From: Syntrophomonadaceae bacterium | GTDB lineage: Bacteria > Bacillota > Dethiobacteria > DTU022 > UBA8154 | Direction of reading: 5' to 3' | Assembly (NCBI GenBank): GCA_007135125.1 | Contig: SLJK01000032.1 | Span: 16,237 to 80,236, forward strand | Length of the DNA: 64,000 bases | Shown: positions 17,672 through 26,800 of the stretch, piece by piece | Numbering within the stretch: the first letter of the stretch is position 1 | Layout: each line of letters begins with the position of its first letter | Program-made: the position numbers and the translations under genes | The notes under the pieces: model-generated | What the model saw: only the letters and a program-made list of their open reading frames with translations | What the model was told of the DNA's origin: nothing | Database searches by the model: none

Positions 17672-18529
17672 ATGCCAAAAAAAGATGATGGTTTTATCTC
17701 AGAAAGTGAATATCCAGACGAAGAAACTTTGCGGGAGCTAAATGAGCTGTATCATGACGAAAAACTACCTGGGGATGATTCCAATCTTCGCAAGGGCAGA
17801 TCCCTTCTTATAAAACTTGCAGCTGTGATTATTGCGCTTGGTGTTATGGCTTTTTTCCTGGGCGGGACTTTAAGAGTTTTGCAGATGCCTTCCCTGGAAT
17901 TTTTGGAGAGCTCCAGGAAGCTAAGTCAAGATCCGGCGATCAGTGAATGGCAGGAGGCCGTGGTGCAGGTGCGAACCGCAGCCGGAATCGAGATTGTTAC
18001 TGCTGGACGAAGCGGGCGAAAGGGAAGCGGTTTTAATATCAGCGAAAGCGGCCATATTATAACCAACTGTCATCTGTTGGAAGGTGCTGACTCTGTAAGT
18101 GTCTTTTTCCCTGAGCAAGGAAGCCGCCGCGCTGTCAACTGGTTTTGTGCCGAAGATGATGATCTGGCAATAATCTCACTGGAGGGAGAGGGACTGCCTT
18201 ATGTGGATCTTAGCCGGGGTCCACAACCGGAGATCGGTGACCGGCTGATCATTATCGGGAACCCTTTGGGTTTTTCGGGAACGGTGATGCAAGGTGAGCT
18301 CTCCGGCTACGGCAGATTTTCTGCCTCTGGAGAGGCAGTGTTAGAGATCAAAGCGCCTATTCAGGCGGGTAGTAGTGGAAGCCCGGTTTTTGATGGGGAA
18401 GGAAAAGTTGTGGGAGTGGTTTTCGCGTCCCTGGCAGGTACTGAAGAAGGCGAAAGTAAGGGCCTGGCAGTACCTGTTTCCAGAGTTCATTCCCTTTTGG
18501 AGGAAAACTATGAAAATGTTTTTAAATAA
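17672..18529 (+). CDS. membrane-anchored trypsin-like (S1) serine protease, no PDZ
   Basis: N-terminal TM, then catalytic triad context …ITNCHLL… (His), …DDDLAIISL… (Asp), …GSSGSPVFDGEGKVVGV… (Ser). Confidence 0.75.
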   Translation: MPKKDDGFISESEYPDEETLRELNELYHDEKLPGDDSNLRKGRSLLIKLAAVIIALGVMAFFLGGTLRVLQMPSLEFLESSRKLSQDPAISEWQEAVVQVRTAAGIEIVTAGRSGRKGSGFNISESGHIITNCHLLEGADSVSVFFPEQGSRRAVNWFCAEDDDLAIISLEGEGLPYVDLSRGPQPEIGDRLIIIGNPLGFSGTVMQGELSGYGRFSASGEAVLEIKAPIQAGSSGSPVFDGEGKVVGVVFASLAGTEEGESKGLAVPVSRVHSLLEENYENVFK

Positions 18530-19554
18530 GCCGAGACGGTATTTAGCACATAATTGATATCGCGGTCATTTATATCTTTATGTATAACCATGCGAATAAG
18601 GTCTTTGCCGAAAGGAATAGCTTGTATGCCATGAGACTCCAGATGCTGCAGAAAATCTTCCGTATCTGCCTTTCCTTCTTTTAAGCTGAGTAGGATGATG
18701 TTTGTAGGAGGAGGAAAAGGGTCTACTTTCAGGTGATTTAGGTTGGCAAGGCCCTGGGCCAGTGTAAGAGCGCGACGGTGGTCTTCTTTTAAAAGGGGGA
18801 TATTTTGCAGAGAAGCAAAGCCGGCGGCGGCCAGGATCCCTGCCTGGCGCATACCTCCCCCCAGTAGTTTTCTGTATCTCCTGGCTGATTCTATAAAAGG
18901 AGCAGGCCCGGCCAAAATAGAACCTATTGGGGCACCAAGTCCCTTGGATAAGCAGAACATCACAGAATCACAGCAGCGAGTAAACTCTGTAACAGGGCGA
19001 TCTAGGGCGATTGAGGCATTGAATATTCGTGCTCCGTCCAGGTGAACATGCAGCCTGGTTTCTTGTGCAGCCTGGTAATAGCTTTGTAGTTCATCCGGCC
19101 TTAATACGGTTCCACCCTGGCGGTTATGTGAGTTTTCAAGGCAGAGTAGCCTTGCCGGCGCAAAATGTTGGTCAGGCGGCCTTACAGCTTGTAGCACTTT
19201 TTCCGGTCCTCCGGAGCAGTGCAGATCAGCTACTGGCCAAAACTGCACCCCTCCAACCACGGAACTTCCCCCAGCTTCGTAATAAAAAATATGTGATTCT
19301 GCATCAAGGATCACCGCATCTCCCCTGGAGGTATGAGCCAGCACGGCGGCCAGGTTTCCCATGGTCCCCGAGGGCATAAAGACTGCCAAGTCTTTTTCGA
19401 CCAGTTCCGCGGCATTTTTCTCCAAGAGCTTAACAGTTGGATCATCCCCAAACACATCGTCTCCCAAAGGAGCCTCAACCATAGCTTTTTTCATTGCTGC
19501 ATCTGGAAGCGTAACCGTGTCGCTTCGCAGATCAATTTTTTGAGCAGGCGTCAT
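18508..19554 (-). CDS. ltaE: low-specificity L-threonine aldolase
   Basis: MTPAQKIDLRSDTVTLP…SGTMGNLAAVLAH…FCLSKGLGAPIGS… The track start (19578, MEYKE…) lies on the RBS AAGGAGAG itself, so the second ATG is used. Confidence 0.8.
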   Translation of the reverse strand: MTPAQKIDLRSDTVTLPDAAMKKAMVEAPLGDDVFGDDPTVKLLEKNAAELVEKDLAVFMPSGTMGNLAAVLAHTSRGDAVILDAESHIFYYEAGGSSVVGGVQFWPVADLHCSGGPEKVLQAVRPPDQHFAPARLLCLENSHNRQGGTVLRPDELQSYYQAAQETRLHVHLDGARIFNASIALDRPVTEFTRCCDSVMFCLSKGLGAPIGSILAGPAPFIESARRYRKLLGGGMRQAGILAAAGFASLQNIPLLKEDHRRALTLAQGLANLNHLKVDPFPPPTNIILLSLKEGKADTEDFLQHLESHGIQAIPFGKDLIRMVIHKDINDRDINYVLNTVSAYLKTFS

Positions 19555-19756
19555 AATTAAGCTCTCCTTATATTCCAACTAAAATTAGCAAACAAACATG
19601 GAAGATTTACTCATCTGTTCTATTCAATTTGCGTTGTTCAAAATCCTGCCACGCTCTAGTATCCTTCCATAGTATTACAGGAAACATTCTCATTATTAAA
19701 ATGTTTAATAACCTTTAATAATAAGGACATTTTGGGAAAATATTCTTTTTTCCAGG

Positions 19757-19785
19757 TTGACTTATGGGCTCCCTTTGGGTAAAAT
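19757..19785 (+). promoter_or_regulatory. sigma-A-type promoter upstream of cysK
   Basis: TTGACT, a 17-nt spacer, then TAAAAT. Confidence 0.35.
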
Positions 19786-19850
19786 AAACTTATTCTAACT
19801 AATTCTATTAAATTAATAGGAATTACAAAGACAACTACAGGAAGCGGGGT

Positions 19851-20783
19851 ATGAAAATGAATATTGCTCGCAACGTTTCACAGTTGGTAGGTGGTACACC
19901 TCTGGTATATTTGAATCGTGTAACAGAAGAGGGTGCAGCAGCGGTAGCGGCCAAGCTAGAATCTTTTAATCCCGGCGGGAGCGTAAAGGACCGTATCGGT
20001 TTAAGCATGATTGAAGCTGCGGAGCGGGACGGCTTGATTAAGAAAGATACGATAATCCTGGAACCAACCAGCGGCAATACAGGCATTGCCCTGGCCATGC
20101 TTGCGGCGGCTAAAGGTTACCACTGTGTGTTAGTTATGCCCGATACCATGAGCCAGGAGCGCAGAAGCCTTCTTAAAGCCCTGGGAGCGGAACTGGTTTT
20201 AACACCTGGAGCGGAGGGTATGAAAGGGGCTATTAAAAAAACTGAAGAGATGGCGGCTGCTGATGACAGGCACTTTATTCCGCAGCAGTTTTCCAATCCT
20301 GCTAACCCGGAGGTACACCGCCAAACCACAGCAGAAGAGATCTGGAAAGATACTGATGGAACTGTTGATATTTTTGTTGCTGGAGTAGGTACAGGGGGCA
20401 CAGTAACTGGTGTGGGAGAGGTACTTAAGAAACGCAAGCCTGATTTGAAGGTCGTTGCCGTGGAGCCGGCAGAATCTCCGGTCTTGGGGGGAGGCAAACC
20501 CGGACCTCATCGTATTCAGGGCATCGGAGCGGGTTTTATTCCGGAAGTGCTTGACATTTCCGTGATCGACGAGGTGATACAGGTGCCTGATAAACTTGCT
20601 CTCGAAACTTCCCGGAGACTTCACGGGGAAGAAGGGCTGCTGGTTGGTATTTCATCAGGTGCCGCTTGTCAAGCAGCCTTGCAGGTTGTTGCCCGTCCTG
20701 AGAACAAGGGTAAGCTGGTAGTTGTAGTTTTTCCGGACCTGGCCGAAAGGTATATCTCTACGGCTCTTTTTAGTGTGGATTAA
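19851..20783 (+). CDS. cysK: cysteine synthase A (O-acetylserine sulfhydrylase)
   Basis: …[15 protein letters not shown]…, …[12 protein letters not shown]…, GTGGT is the PLP fold-II CysK signature. Confidence 0.9.
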   Translation: MKMNIARNVSQLVGGTPLVYLNRVTEEGAAAVAAKLESFNPGGSVKDRIGLSMIEAAERDGLIKKDTIILEPTSGNTGIALAMLAAAKGYHCVLVMPDTMSQERRSLLKALGAELVLTPGAEGMKGAIKKTEEMAAADDRHFIPQQFSNPANPEVHRQTTAEEIWKDTDGTVDIFVAGVGTGGTVTGVGEVLKKRKPDLKVVAVEPAESPVLGGGKPGPHRIQGIGAGFIPEVLDISVIDEVIQVPDKLALETSRRLHGEEGLLVGISSGAACQAALQVVARPENKGKLVVVVFPDLAERYISTALFSVD

Positions 20784-20829
20784 AAATAGTGAACCAACAT
20801 TTTATAATCGGTTTTATGAAGGATAGAAG

Positions 20830-21879
20830 GTGATGATTGTGGTACCTCTGGAGGAGGGCAGCTGGGAACGCTATTCGCGGCAGATACTTTTTAGCCCTAT
20901 TGGTAGGGAAGGGCAAAAAAGTTTTCTTAAGAGCAGGGTGGCTATTATAGGTTTAGGAGCACTGGGCACTGTTTCTGCAGGCAGCCTTGCCAGGGCGGGA
21001 ATTGGATTCTTAAAGCTGGTCGATAGAGATTTTGTAGAAGAATCCAATTTGCAGAGACAGATGCTTTTTGATGAAGAAGATGCCAGGAATGCTTTGCCCA
21101 AAGCGCTAGCGGCTCAGCAAAAGATAAGTAAAATAAATTCTGAAATAAGCTGCCAGGCCCTGATAGAAGATGTTAATTATGGAAATGTGGAAGGAATAAT
21201 TAAAGATGTTGATCTTGTTCTGGATGCCACAGATAACTTCGAAATCAGGTATTTGATAAATGAAGCGTGTGTGAAGCATAATATTCCCTGGATTTATGGA
21301 GCTTGCCTGGCCAGTTCGGGTTATACTTTTACTATATTACCGGAAGAGACAGCCTGTCTGGCCTGTTTTATTGGCAAAGTACCTCCTCCACCCGGCTCAG
21401 GTTTAACTTGCGATACAGCAGGTATTATTAGCCCTGCTGTTAATATTGTAGCTTCCTTGCAGGTTGCCGAGGCCATGAAATTGCTCAGTGGGAATAAGGA
21501 GGCCCTGCAAAAGAACGCCCAATTTTTCGACCTGTGGGAGAATCATTTTATGGAATTGGAAATACAAAGGAACGAAGAATGTGCTGTATGTGCGAAAAGG
21601 GAGTTTCACCTGCTCTCCGGCAAGAACCAACAGGGCACTACTTACCTTTGTGGACGTGATGCTGTGCAGCTACTCCCTTCAGCGCCTCAAAAGCTTTCTT
21701 TGAAAACCATGGAAAAGAAATTGGCACCTTTAGGCGACGTATTTGCCACCGATTTTTTATTGAAATTTAACGATGGAAAGCATGAGATGGTTATTTTTCC
21801 TGACGGGCGTGCTATGATTAAAGGCACCTCAGATCTTAAATTGGCGCGCACCCTTTATGCACGTTATTTGGGCAACTGA
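20830..21879 (+). CDS. ThiF/MoeB/HesA-family E1-like adenylyltransferase with extra ~100-aa C-terminal domain
   Basis: YSRQILF…VAIIGLGALGT…LVDRDFVEESNLQRQ and the CxxC…CxxC pair (ACLAC, CAVC). C-terminal domain of unknown type (…DFLLKFNDGKHEMVIFPDGRAMIKG…). Confidence 0.7.
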   Translation: MMIVVPLEEGSWERYSRQILFSPIGREGQKSFLKSRVAIIGLGALGTVSAGSLARAGIGFLKLVDRDFVEESNLQRQMLFDEEDARNALPKALAAQQKISKINSEISCQALIEDVNYGNVEGIIKDVDLVLDATDNFEIRYLINEACVKHNIPWIYGACLASSGYTFTILPEETACLACFIGKVPPPPGSGLTCDTAGIISPAVNIVASLQVAEAMKLLSGNKEALQKNAQFFDLWENHFMELEIQRNEECAVCAKREFHLLSGKNQQGTTYLCGRDAVQLLPSAPQKLSLKTMEKKLAPLGDVFATDFLLKFNDGKHEMVIFPDGRAMIKGTSDLKLARTLYARYLGN

Positions 21880-21925
21880 TATCTAGTGTAAATTATTTCG
21901 GTTGCCTGTTTTGGAGGGAAGAGTA

Positions 21926-23071
21926 GTGCTTTATCTTGACAATGCAGCGACTTCTTATCCCAAACCTGAAGAAGTTTACCGAGCAATGGATTATTTTTTG
22001 CGTAATCAGGCAGCTAATCCCGGGCGTGCAGCTTTCAGGATGGCGGTAGAGGCTGAAAGGCTTATAACCGATACCAGGTTACTGCTAAAGGATTTTTTTA
22101 ACCTTCCCAGGCCCGAACAGGTAGTATTCACCCTGAATTGTACTGAAGCATTAAATATAGTTCTTAAAGGGCTTCTTAACCCTGGGGCCCATGTTATAAC
22201 CAGCGGTTTAGAGCATAATTCGGTTAGCAGGCCTCTTAACAGGCTCAAAGTAGATGGAGTAGACTTTTCCATTGTTAATGCTGCTCCTGACGGATTAATT
22301 AACCCGGAAGAAATTGCCAAATTAATTCGTCACGACACACAGCTTATTGTGCTTACACATGCTTCCAATGTACTGGGAACTATTGAACCTGTGAAAGAGA
22401 TTGGAGAAATTGCTGCCGAAAAGGGAGTATTGTTTCTCCTCGATGCGGCTCAAACTGCAGGAGCGATTCCTCTAGATATGCAGGATTTGAAGATAAGTAT
22501 TCTGGCTTGTTCCGGACATAAAGGGTTAATGGGGCCTCCGGGAACCGGTGTTCTGGCTATTAGGGATGATGATCTAGAGATTGCTTCATTAAAGGAGGGT
22601 GGGACGGGTAGTTTTTCCGAAGAACCCTTTCAACCTTCATATTACCCTGACCGTTTGGAAGCGGGAACTCCTAATACAGTGGGAATAGCGGGTCTAAAGG
22701 CCGGTGTAGAGTTTATAAAAAAGGAAGGGTTAGAAAGCATAAGAGAACACGAAGTAAATTTATTGAAGCTGCTCCTGGAAGAGCTTTCCAATATTCCTAA
22801 TGTTACTCTTTACGGCACAACAGAGGCAGATAAACGGACAGGGTTAGTATCTTTTAATATTGAAGGTTGGGACCCACAGGATGCAGCGGCGGTGCTGGAG
22901 ACACGGTTTGAGGTAGCCTGCAGAGCGGGATTGCATTGTGCCCCGTGGGCTCATCGTTTCAACGAGACTTATCCTGACGGGGCTATACGTTTTGGTATAA
23001 GTTATTTTAATACTGAAAGCGAAATTAGAACAGCACTGGATGCTGTGGGCACGTTAGCAAAGGCTTTTTAA
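21926..23071 (+). CDS. cysteine desulfurase (class V aminotransferase, NifS/IscS-like)
   Basis: VLYLDNAATSYPKP…, …SGHKGLMGPPGTG… (Lys-PLP), …GLHCAPWAH… GTG 21926 with GGAGGG RBS preferred over the track start 21902. Confidence 0.8.
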   Translation: MLYLDNAATSYPKPEEVYRAMDYFLRNQAANPGRAAFRMAVEAERLITDTRLLLKDFFNLPRPEQVVFTLNCTEALNIVLKGLLNPGAHVITSGLEHNSVSRPLNRLKVDGVDFSIVNAAPDGLINPEEIAKLIRHDTQLIVLTHASNVLGTIEPVKEIGEIAAEKGVLFLLDAAQTAGAIPLDMQDLKISILACSGHKGLMGPPGTGVLAIRDDDLEIASLKEGGTGSFSEEPFQPSYYPDRLEAGTPNTVGIAGLKAGVEFIKKEGLESIREHEVNLLKLLLEELSNIPNVTLYGTTEADKRTGLVSFNIEGWDPQDAAAVLETRFEVACRAGLHCAPWAHRFNETYPDGAIRFGISYFNTESEIRTALDAVGTLAKAF

Positions 23072-23100
23072 CAATACTATTAGAAAGGGGAAAATTAATT

Positions 23101-23550
23101 ATGCAGCTTTCTACAAAGGCACGTTATGCGACAAGGGCCATGATTGAGCTGGCCCTGGAGTTTGGAACAAATCCTCTTCAATTAAAGGAAATTGCCAGGA
23201 GGCAGGATATTTCTGAAAAGTACCTGGAACAAGTGCTTTTACCTTTGCGGACCAGAGGATTTATTTACACTCTTAAGGGAAGCAAAGGGGGTTATTGTTT
23301 GGCGGTTACTCCCCAGGACGTCACTCTCTATGATATTATTCAGACGGTAGAAGGTTCTATTGCGCCAGTTCACTGTGTTGAAAACAAAGAAATATGTGCA
23401 AGGATTGACAAATGTGCCATGCGAAACTACTGGAGCAGGTTAAAGGATAAAATCACTGAAGAGCTTCAGAAAACAACTCTTGCCGATTTGGCACAAGAGC
23501 AAAAAGAAAAAGAAGGGGAAGTAGGAGAAAAACTAGATTACCAGATTTAA
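23101..23550 (+). CDS. Rrf2-family transcriptional regulator with 3-Cys motif (IscR-like)
   Basis: MQLSTKARYATRAMIELAL… (Rrf2 wHTH) and C-x6-C-x5-C (HCVENKEICARIDKC), consistent with an Fe-S-ligating Rrf2. Confidence 0.8.
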   Translation: MQLSTKARYATRAMIELALEFGTNPLQLKEIARRQDISEKYLEQVLLPLRTRGFIYTLKGSKGGYCLAVTPQDVTLYDIIQTVEGSIAPVHCVENKEICARIDKCAMRNYWSRLKDKITEELQKTTLADLAQEQKEKEGEVGEKLDYQI

Positions 23551-23562
23551 ATTGTGGTAATG

Positions 23563-23608
23563 AAAAGGCTTTTACCTGCCAAATTGTTTTTAGCAGTAAA
23601 AGCCTTTT
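23563..23608. terminator. bidirectional terminator between convergent Rrf2 and dctP genes
   Basis: Perfect 13-bp stem AAAAGGCTTTTAC / GTAAAAGCCTTTT with a 20-nt loop. U-tracts are available on both strands. Confidence 0.45.
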
Positions 23609-23679
23609 TAAGTCAGCTGTTTATTATTTGGAAATTACTGGACTAACTAAGCAGTTTCAAAGCGCGTTTATTAACAGCT

Positions 23680-24765
23680 TTATCCTTCATAATCGCCGTA
23701 TTCTTCTGAGAATCTTGCGTCCAGTTCACGTACGGTGTTAATAATTTCTTCGCCGTGCAGCCCCCTTGCTTCGGCGTCTCCGATCCAGTTTTCAACAATG
23801 GGTTCGATGCGTCCTCTCCATCGTTCTTCTTCGCCGGGGTCGAGTTCAAAAACTTCAATTCCATGTTCTTCGATACCAAACTCCAGTCCTCGTTCAGTAT
23901 GCTCTGTTCTCAGCTTACCATATTCGTACGCATATTCTTTGCTCATTTCCTCGATGGTTTCTTGAATATCCGTGGGAAGTGCATTCCAGGTCTCCAGATT
24001 CATCACTTTCATGAAAACGATGTTGTAGAGAAAGGGAGTTTTGGTGACATAGTCCAGGACTTCAGCCAACCTGAATCCTTTAAGAGTGTCAGTGGGAGCA
24101 AGAATGCCATCCAGTAGTGCAGAATCAAGTGCCAGATATGATTCGGACATGGGCATTGATACCGGTGTTACGCCAAGTGCCTGCATGGGTGCAACCGTTC
24201 CTCCTACAACCCTCATTTCTTTTTCTTCAATAGCTTCCAGGGTGTTGCCGGGCTCCTCCCTGGTCATAATGTCACCGGGACCTGTAGCCCAGAAAAAAAG
24301 CACCTTAACATCGTCATATTCGTCTATAAGCTCTTTCTCCTTCAATGTCTTATAACCCTCGTTCACAGTGAGGGAGGCCACCAGGGCGTTATCATTTTGA
24401 TAGCCGGGCAGCTCAAAGGCTTCGGTTACCGGGAATATTCCCGGTGTATAGGCCGGGCATGTTGTCCCGATATCTGCCGAGCCATCTACAACACCTTCAT
24501 AGATTTCAGTAGCTCCCAGGAGAGCTTCACCGGGCTGTATGGTTATTTTTACTTTTCCGTCGGTTCGCTCTTCCAGGTCCCTTGCCCATACCTCGTGTCC
24601 TTCAGTTACCTGGAAATCTGTCCCTGGCCAAAAAGTGGCAAATTGCAACTCAATTACTTCATCCGGATCGGTTGCCGGTGGCTCATCAGCAGCACAACCA
24701 GTGAAAACAGGCAAAGTTGACATTATTGCTGTGACTAGTATAAAACCAAGAAGCTTGCTTTTCAT
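23680..24765 (-). CDS. TRAP transporter substrate-binding protein (DctP family), lipoprotein
   Basis: Signal peptide plus lipobox (…VFTGC). The DctP-like fold is highly similar (~60% by eye) to the paralog at 26801-27940. Confidence 0.75.
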   Translation of the reverse strand: MKSKLLGFILVTAIMSTLPVFTGCAADEPPATDPDEVIELQFATFWPGTDFQVTEGHEVWARDLEERTDGKVKITIQPGEALLGATEIYEGVVDGSADIGTTCPAYTPGIFPVTEAFELPGYQNDNALVASLTVNEGYKTLKEKELIDEYDDVKVLFFWATGPGDIMTREEPGNTLEAIEEKEMRVVGGTVAPMQALGVTPVSMPMSESYLALDSALLDGILAPTDTLKGFRLAEVLDYVTKTPFLYNIVFMKVMNLETWNALPTDIQETIEEMSKEYAYEYGKLRTEHTERGLEFGIEEHGIEVFELDPGEEERWRGRIEPIVENWIGDAEARGLHGEEIINTVRELDARFSEEYGDYEG

Positions 24766-24831
24766 CCACTATACCCTCCTTGCAAGATCTTCAGCTAGGA
24801 TTGCTGAAAATACAATGTTTTTATGATTATT

Positions 24832-26139
24832 TTATATCCTTGCCATTTCAGGTAGAAAGAGTGCAATTTGCGGAAAAGCAAACAATAGTGCAATACACAC
24901 TACAATGGCAATAAGGAACGGCCAGGTACCTTTAAAAATCTCCATGACATCTATATCTCTGGCTACCCCCGCCACTACATATACATTAGCTCCTACCGGG
25001 GGTGTAATAACTCCCATGCCAAGTGCTAAAACGACAATAACCCCAAACCAAATAGGGTCATACCCCAGGGTAACAGCAACAGGGTAAAAGATAGGTGTGG
25101 TCATTAGAATAAGGGCCAGGGCATCGATGAAAAGCCCTAAAATAAGGTAAACCACTAAAACAAGAATCAGAACAAAAGTGGGAGAAAAGGGAGCTTCTAC
25201 AGCCATAGTAGCAACAAAGGCAGGGAGCCCGGTAATACCCAGGAAGCGTCCGTAAATAAAGGCAGCTCCCGTGAGAAAAAGGACCATGGCCGATAAGCGT
25301 ACCGCGTCAGCCGTTGAGCTGATAAAACCTTGCCAGGATAGTGTCCTTCGGACCAGCGATACTATAAGAGTTGCAAAAGCGCCTATACCTCCGGCTTCGG
25401 TAGGAGTAAAATATCCTAAAAATAGCCCACCCATTACGGCGATAAAAATTACAACAACTTCCATTCCTCCTGAAAAAAGTGCCTTAAGTTTATCAATTGA
25501 GGAAATTTTAGGTCCGGCAGGGGCGGCGGAAGGATCACGCAAAGCTATAAAATAAACCGTTAGCATGAATAAGAACATTAACAGGAGACCGGGGAAGATA
25601 CCGGCCAGAAAAAGCTGGGAGATGGAGGTCCCCGTTGAAACACCGTAAAGGATAAAAATGACGCTGGGAGGGATCATTACTCCAAGAATGGCTGCTGCGG
25701 CAATGGTGGCGGTAGAGAGAGTGCGTCTGTACTCAAACTTGGTCATTTCCGGGAGGGCCACGGCGGTCATGGTAGCAGCGGTAGCCGTGGTAGAGCCGCA
25801 GATAGCACCAAAAGCTGTACAGGCTGCTATGGTGGCCATGGACAAACCGGCCGGAAAGCCACCGATTACTTTATAAGTGGCATCATATATCCTACTGCTG
25901 AGCCCGGAGTAAAAAGCTATAAAACCCATCCACATAAAGAGAGGAACTACAATAAGCGAATAAGAAGCAAAATTGGAGTACATGGTCTGGGCCGAGATAG
26001 ACAGGGCAGCTGTAATATTAGTAAGGTAGGCATAGCCAGCCATTCCAATTACCAGCATTACAAAGGCGATTGGCAGGCGGAGAAAAAGCAGCACGAATAG
26101 AATTATTATGGAAATAAATGCTACATACAATGGATCCAT
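24832..26139 (-). CDS. TRAP transporter large permease DctM
   Basis: 435 aa, about 12 TM, with a typical DctM composition. Confidence 0.85.
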   Translation of the reverse strand: MDPLYVAFISIIILFVLLFLRLPIAFVMLVIGMAGYAYLTNITAALSISAQTMYSNFASYSLIVVPLFMWMGFIAFYSGLSSRIYDATYKVIGGFPAGLSMATIAACTAFGAICGSTTATAATMTAVALPEMTKFEYRRTLSTATIAAAAILGVMIPPSVIFILYGVSTGTSISQLFLAGIFPGLLLMFLFMLTVYFIALRDPSAAPAGPKISSIDKLKALFSGGMEVVVIFIAVMGGLFLGYFTPTEAGGIGAFATLIVSLVRRTLSWQGFISSTADAVRLSAMVLFLTGAAFIYGRFLGITGLPAFVATMAVEAPFSPTFVLILVLVVYLILGLFIDALALILMTTPIFYPVAVTLGYDPIWFGVIVVLALGMGVITPPVGANVYVVAGVARDIDVMEIFKGTWPFLIAIVVCIALLFAFPQIALFLPEMARI

Positions 26140-26633
26140 TATTGCTCACTCCCCTTTACAGCTAAATTAATTGCTTTAAGAAAATCTCTAAGCAGAACGA
26201 TGGCGAGAATAATAAAACCGATACCGACCAGAAAAATAATGGGGTAAATAGGAATCTGCAGATGACCGGTGTAATAACCTCTTTCCATCATCCTCAAGGC
26301 ATAAATAATTGTCCGCCAGGCTAATAAAGAGGAGAAAAAAACGGCTAAGAGCATGGTAAAGGTATCTATAATGCCCTGTACACGTAAAGGAAACTTCCTC
26401 ACCAGTACGCTCACGAAGATATGCCCTTTCATATGCTGGCAGTAAGCTACAGCCATACCGATGAGGACAGCTCCCAAAATTTCTGTCATTTCCACGGTGC
26501 CAGGAATGGGCCTCCAAAATGCGCGTATGATTACGTTGCCTGAAATGAGAAGCATTACCGCTACCAGTGCAATTTGGCTTATATGAGATATTTGCCAGGA
26601 AACAGTGCCCACAAATTTGTCCAAAAACCTCAT
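26139..26633 (-). CDS. TRAP transporter small permease DctQ
   Basis: 164 aa, 4 TM, immediately upstream of and overlapping dctM. Confidence 0.7.
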   Translation of the reverse strand: MRFLDKFVGTVSWQISHISQIALVAVMLLISGNVIIRAFWRPIPGTVEMTEILGAVLIGMAVAYCQHMKGHIFVSVLVRKFPLRVQGIIDTFTMLLAVFFSSLLAWRTIIYALRMMERGYYTGHLQIPIYPIIFLVGIGFIILAIVLLRDFLKAINLAVKGSEQ

Positions 26634-26800
26634 TTATTTCTGCCTCCTTGTAACATATGTATGGACAGCAAGAGTGTTTATAGAGAAGGCACCGCTGTCT
26701 CATGTCTTAAACTAAGACAGCAGATGCCTTCTCTTCAAGCTCTGGTTAAACAAGGAGCAGCAATTATTAATATATCAATTGCACTCTTGTTAGTTTAAAA

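Noticed and set aside
19578-19578. Track start codon for ltaE (MEYKESLIM…)
   Set aside because: The first ATG lies inside the Shine-Dalgarno AAGGAGAG. The second ATG (19554, MTPAQK…) has the proper spacing.
19816-19824. ATAGGAATT motif upstream of cysK as a CymR operator
   Set aside because: It only partially matches my recollection of the Bacillus CymR consensus. The Rrf2 encoded here carries a 3-Cys Fe-S motif, so it is IscR-like rather than CymR-like. The evidence is too weak to call.
26188-26703. 171-aa minus-strand ORF overlapping dctQ in another frame
   Set aside because: It is an alternative-frame artefact. dctQ (26139-26633) has the expected 4-TM small-permease character and ATGA coupling to dctM.
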